Origin: Entomortierella parvispora E1425
Taxonomy: Eukaryota; Fungi; Mortierellomycota
DNA length: 64,000 nt
Assembly: GCA_020891255.1 (NCBI GenBank)
Contig: BQFW01000001.1
Coordinates: 2,880,120-2,944,119 of the forward strand
Direction: 5' to 3'
The notes under the pieces are model-generated. The model was not told where the DNA came from. It did not search any database and saw nothing but the letters and a program-made list of their open reading frames with translations. Below, piece after piece: positions 58,700-64,000 of the stretch (its first letter is position 1; the number at the start of each line of letters is the position of its first letter). Both the position numbers and the translations under genes were made by a program.

Positions 58700-60400
58700 T
58701 TATTTCCTACTCTGCAGGGAAATAAAGAGACCATGCAATGCCTGGACCAGCGCTTCAATTTTTTTTTTTTTTTGTAGGTTCAGCATCAACGTCTTCCACG
58801 CTCCCTTCCTGCCCGGCCTTGCCGAGTGACTGGAAAACAATAATGACATACCATTGAGGTTACGGTTGACTATGCCTTTGCAATACTTCCTCCTTGATAT
58901 TCTCCCGATGGCAGATACCACGCCACTCCAGAAGAGTGCAAGGCCATCTGAAAGCAACTGACGCTTATGGTCATCCATAGTGCCAACTCTTCAAAGCTGC
59001 TTGTAGATCCGACGGTCAAAAGCAACACCTGCAAGTACGGGTGAAATCCACCAAGTGCAGGGAGGATAAAAATGAGCGGATGGTTATCACGGATCGATCT
59101 TCAAAAGTCGCCAAGATCTGTGTCGTGATATCGGCGCTGCATGTCCCTGCTCCTAATCGAACCACCAGGAACTTGGATCGAACTTGGCATGCCTTTCTTT
59201 GTAAGATTGTTATTATCTCTCAGAAATACCGACATGTCATAATTCAATGTTCTACTCTCTTTCGTCACGTCGACATCTCCGTCCTCATCCTTAGGTCTAG
59301 CCTGTTACTCTTACCTGCCAGATGAATGTGACTTCTTACCTTGTCCTCCATCTAGCAATTCATAATAATAAACCATGCCTTTCGGCCCTTTTCTTATTCT
59401 TGTCCTGCTTGGTCATGACAACGACTCTTTGTTTCCTCGAGAAGTCCTGGCTAACATCGTCCAATATCATGACTTGTCTCCCTTGCACTTCAGATAAATC
59501 ATGGGAAAAGCAAATCGAGACAGCGCGTCTCGAGGTACACTTGAGGAACAAAGTCAAGTCGTGCCAGCTTTCTTCTCATGTATTGCTCTCCTTCCGATTC
59601 TTTCTTGCCTTTGTCTCTCCCTTCGTTTCATCTTTCTTCCATCTTGCCTCTTGCATTCCACTCGGTCGCCAACTAAGTGGATATATGAACTACATACCCA
59701 TTGATTGAGCCAGGTTCGGTCGCTTGTCTTCGGTTTACAGTCTTGGTTGTTGATGTGCCGCGATTCGCGAGGAGCCCATGTCTTCTGTTGATAGACTGCC
59801 AAACCAAAATGTTCCTCTACATTGTCCTCTTCTAGCTTTCGTGGCCTCTTTCTCTGTTGGAGCACTGCTGCCTAAAATCAAGATCGTTTCATCTTGAGGC
59901 AGGCGAGTGCCACAAGCAGGGCAAGGACAGTGAGGAGGGGAAAAGTACACGATCCTGTGCTGCGGTCATCTGCTCGTGCGGGACAGATCGATCTCATTTA
60001 GAAGAAAAGGCGGAGGAGCTGCCTTTTGCGATTGCCTTCTGAGAAAGCACCGGAGCGAGGAAGTTCTACGAGACTCGAAAGAAATAGTTATTGTTCTTTT
60101 GATGCACCTCTCTGTCGTAGTCTTCATTTTTCTTGCCTAGTGAGAGGATAGCCTACTCAGTTGTTTTTGTCGTGCGTGCCCTTCTCTTCAATCCCTGGAT
60201 CACTGAGGGAAGCAGCACAGACACATGTCTAATGGTAGGGTGCGATCGATGGGTGAGCGCAGGAAGAGGCCATGGAGTAGATTCAGAACATTCGTTCATG
60301 ATCGGATAAATGGAGACCCGATTGTCCTTGACTTGAAACCCTATTCCCGCTGGCATCAGAGGAAACCGGACGTGGAAACCTCCAAAAAAAAAATCGCGTC
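58700..60400 (-). pseudogene. Probable decayed multi-exon gene remnant of unknown family
   Basis: Protein-like fragments (e.g. RKRPRKLEEDNVEEHFGLAVYQQKTW...WLNQW followed by a gtatgt donor) are interrupted by stops. Confidence 0.25.
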
Positions 60401-61316
60401 TTGATGCGCTTGAATCCAGTCCTCTCCGCCAGAGCACAACACACCGAAGGAACTTGGAGGAAGAGGTCGCACCATCCACTGTGACAACTCTCGCTCCGTG
60501 CCTACATCGGGATGCACATGTCCATCCAAGGTCTAAAGAAGCAGCAATCTTGGAGAAGTACTTTGCAGCCGCTGGCACAAAAAAAAAAGTCAACGACTCT
60601 TCACCGTGTTTTCCTCTGTTGTCCGCATCGCATGGACTGATGGTTCCTGAATTCTCTTGCCCCTTCCCTTCTCGTTCCTCTTGTCCCTATCTCCTCTCCT
60701 CTTCCCTCCCATTCCCTCTCGACAATCATCCCAGGACCATTGTCGAGGGGGAGAAATGCGCGTTGTGTTTGTTGCCGTTGGGACTGATCATCCCTGAACT
60801 AGTCTCTTTTTCTCTCCCTTTTCTCCATCTCTCTTTGTCTCCTACCTTCCTAGGCTTGCCATCTCGTCTCTTCCATACCTCTTTCTCTTCCATTTACAGC
60901 ATTCACTCATGCCGCACAGATGGGTGCTAACTCGACCTTGACTTGTTGGAAACAAATGCCCTCCAGCTCCAGCGGTAGAGGAAACTTCAAAAAAAAAGTG
61001 GAAAAGTGTCCTCATGTTCTGGCACGTCGATCCAGTCCATTCCCTGCGGCGCGACAACGAAGAGAAGTGGAAGAAGATATTGCGCTGCCGACTGTGGCAT
61101 CTATCTCCGCATCAGAGTGGACATGTCCATCCAAGGGGGGAGTAATTTTGGAGAAGCAGTTTACAACTGCTGGCGAGGAAAAAAAAAACTAAGACCCTGC
61201 CCCTCACTTTTGTTTGTTGTCGCATGGACTGATCGTTTCTTTCACAGTCTTCATCGTTTCATTTCTTTCTTCCCTGATTTTTTTTCCCTCTCTCTTGCAC
61301 TTCAAGCTCTTCGTCT

Positions 61317-62130
61317 GTGAAATTGTGACAACCCCGTCTGCATCCCCACGGGTTGTGCATGACCACCACCTAAGGGACGAAGGATATGAAGTCTTGGGAT
61401 GAAGACGCTGCTGCTGGCGTCAACAAAAAAAAATAATCTTGGATCCTCGAGTGGATGAGTCCCCACATCTTATCGAACTTTGTTGTTGGATCCGCTTCTC
61501 TTCCCTTTGTCCGTCTCTTCTTTTCCCTCTCGTCCATTTCTTCTCCTCTTCTCCTCCCTCTTGTCCCTCCTCTTCCGCTAGTCCTCCTCTTCTCTTTCCT
61601 CTTGTTCCTCCTCTTCTCCTCGCTGTTGTCCCTCCTCCTCTCTTTCCTCCTGTCCTCTTCCCTCCCAAGACCATTGTTCTTTTGGATGGGACCAGTGCAG
61701 CCTCCATTTGTCCAAAAAAAGGCCGAAGGGGGAGGGAGAAACGGGCGGTTGTTGTTTGTTGCCTTGTTTGTTGGATGGAGCGTCTCTGCACTTGTCTTTT
61801 TCTCCCGTCTGTCTCCCTCCCTTCTCTTACCATCTCAACCCATCCTCCTTGCATCCCTCTCGTTCCTTGCATCCCTCTCGTTCCTTGCATCCCTCTCGTT
61901 CCTTGCATCCCTCTCGTCCCTTGCATCTATCTCTTCCCTTGAATCCATCTCGTCCCTTGCATCCATCTCGTCCCTTGCATCCATCTCGTCCCTTGCATCC
62001 ATCTCGTCCCTTGCATCCATCTCGTCCCTTGCATCCATCTCGTCCCTTGCATCCATCTCGTCCCTTGCATCCATCTCTTCCCTTGCATACATCTTGTCTC
62101 TTGCATCGCTCGACCCTCTCGTCTCCTGCA
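61317..62130 (+). repeat. Subtelomeric CT-rich core module, copy 3, with an 18-bp minisatellite (about 14 copies, 61847-62098)
   Basis: Same anchors (cctcccaagaccatt at 61661). Unit ccttgcatcc(c/a)tctcgt(t/c). Confidence 0.9.
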
Positions 62131-62280
62131 TTCTATAATTCTCGCATCCCTCTGTCTTGTCTCCCGCATCCCTCTCTCTCTCGTCTCGATTCCTGCATCC
62201 TTCCTTTCTCCTCGACTCTTGCATCCTTACCCTGTCCTCCCGTGTCTTGCATCCGTCTTCTTTTTTGGATCTTTCTCCTC

Positions 62281-62460
62281 TCTTGCATCTCTCTTCTCTG
62301 TTGCATCTCTCTTCTCTGTTGCATCTCTCTTCTCTGTTGCATCTCTCTTCTCTGTTGCATCTCTCTCTCTTCCCTGTTGCATCTCTCTTCTCTGTTGCAT
62401 CTCTCTTCTCTGTTGCATCTCTCTCTTCTCTGTTGCATCTCTATTCTCAGTTGCATCTCA
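62281..62460 (+). repeat. Second 18-bp minisatellite (gttgcatctctcttctct), about 9 copies
   Basis: Direct tandem copies sharing the TTGCATC core with the first minisatellite. Confidence 0.9.
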
Positions 62461-62714
62461 TCTCGAGCATCCTTCTCCTCTCATAAATCGAACTCACATC
62501 TTCCACCTTTTGCAGCCGCCATCTCAACTGACCCAATGCATCCAACTCGACTATTGCATCCAACTCGACTCTTGCATCAAACAACAGCGGGTCTTTTGTG
62601 CCCCTGTCTTTGATTTTGCTCTCTTCTTCTCTTCGTGTTGCAAGCTTGGGCGTTTCCTCGCGCTTTCTCCTTCCGTTCTCACGCGTTGCTCGCTACTCCT
62701 TCCCTTTGTCGTCA

Positions 62715-63614
62715 ACCACAACTTCTTTTACATCTAATCATACGGAGAAAGCTCATTCATTCTAGGCATGAACCAGAGTGGACATGCGACAAACGAGAGG
62801 CATGCAGGAAACATGAAGTCCTTAATTCAAGGGCGCGCACTTTTCACGTAAGTCATCTCTACCATCAACTGCTAGATTTCTCTGGCCCTCAGGCAGAGCA
62901 TGCAGTAGCGAAGAACGAGACGGTTCCAGGGCAAAGTCACCGCAGTCTCATGTGTTTTGCGCCCTCGTCTCTGCCATCTTGTTCCTACTTTTGTCTAGCG
63001 TGTACAACTTTTATAAAAAAAACTACCTGACAACTGCACGAGCTGATGTTCTTGTCTACATGCACAATGAGGAGAGTCAAAACTGTTTGAGAGAGCTACA
63101 AGGTCATCGCTGAAGTCAACAGAGAGAAAGCATGTGTACGGTTCACACTCGGTCTCCTCTTGCTTGTGGATTATCCTTTGAAGAGACCTGCAGTCATTCT
63201 TTCACCCAAAACTGCAGACTTTGCTCTTTTTCCTTCTCGTACTTCGTGAAATGCAGCTACGAAGTGTCGTAAGTGGCTGGCTCTCGGCTGCTGTCACCAC
63301 TTCACTCCTCCATCTTAAGAGAATTTTTTTTTTCAAAAAAAAGCGAAATCTAAGAACAGCAATTACACATCAACCACCTTGTCACTAACCAGTTTTTCTT
63401 CATGACTATAGACCTCTGATGAATAGGCACCTCCCCATATGAAAATCACCTTGGTTATCAACGTAGATGTCAAGAAACAAGCGTTCGATTTTCACAAAAA
63501 AAGAGAATAAAAAACGCTGTTGCTCCAGATCTACCCTATGGATTGACGATTTTGTTGGCTTGATAGAATACTTATGAGGAGAGCTCTCTAATGCACCGTA
63601 TCTCATATCTCTAC
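62715..63614 (+). pseudogene. Duplicated block F, copy 2
   Basis: Collinear with 50170-51055. ATG at 62768 and donor at 63269. It has TGA where copy 1 has TGG. Confidence 0.55.
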
Positions 63615-63879
63615 GAAGGAAAAAAAAAACCTTGTTTTTATATCTTCAGAAAAGCGAGGCCGAAGCCGAATTCGAACCCGGGAGCAAAAGTAAACAAAGG
63701 ATTTACCTAATAGTCCAGAAAGTCTAAGCCACCCATTTTGCGGACATTTCCTTTTTAGGACATAACAGAAAACGCATTGTACGGTCGGTCTGAATGGCGT
63801 AAACGATGCATAGACGCTCCAGGATGTAATGAAACTGTTCAAATACGCGAGTTTAGGGCCAATAAACCCTAAAATAAGG

Positions 63880-64000
63880 TTTTTAGGGTTTTTAGGGTTT
63901 TTTAGGGTTTTTTTAGGGTTTTTTAGGGTTTTTTAGGGTTTTTTAGGGTTTTTTAGGGTTTTTTAGGGTTTTTTAGGGTTTTAGGGTTTTGGGGTTTTAA
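63880..64000 (+). repeat. Telomeric repeat array, consensus TTTTTTAGGG (T6AG3)
   Basis: 11 AGGG units preceded by T5, T5, T6, T7, T6 x6 and T4, then T4G4 and ttttaa. The G-rich strand runs 5'-3' toward the sequence end. Confidence 0.95.

Noticed and set aside
61420-62737. ORFs with ARDEMD, QQRREM or HPSRPL repeats
   Set aside because: They are translations of the 18-bp minisatellites and are open in several frames at once.
63014-63066. KKNYLTTARADVLVYMH resembling the hAT C-terminal RNRL...RA..LVY.H motif
   Set aside because: The match is too short, the upstream hAT motifs are not convincingly present, and no hAT termini were seen.
63987-64000. Terminal ttttggggttttaa as a second repeat type
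   Set aside because: These are the last bases of the sequence and are likely low-quality consensus.

Overview
This is the right-hand end of a fungal chromosome, probably Mortierellaceae (Mucoromycota). That assignment is inferred from intron style, gene families and the telomere repeat. Positions 1 to about 46.7 kb are gene-dense and mostly ordinary: a GNAT, a subtilase, a GT-A glycosyltransferase, two tandem FAD monooxygenases, two tRNAs, a SAM methyltransferase, an F-BAR/DEP/RhoGAP, a saccharopine dehydrogenase-like protein, a Zn2Cys6 factor, CDC123, TIP41, GUK1, a PHD-SET protein, a DnaJ protein, folliculin, SEH1, a GH5 glucanase and a Cys-tailed protein. From about 47 kb to 63.9 kb lies a 17-kb subtelomere built from reshuffled direct and inverted CT-rich modules, an 18-bp minisatellite family and a duplicated pseudogene block. 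It also contains an 807-bp element with 116/117-bp terminal inverted repeats that carries a PARP-type zinc-finger-like frame, and one intact 8-exon, 858-aa gene that may encode a PD-(D/E)XK-fold nuclease. The window ends in a (TTTTTTAGGG)n telomere. Exon structures were derived by hand and no database searches were run, so product names rest on recalled family motifs.
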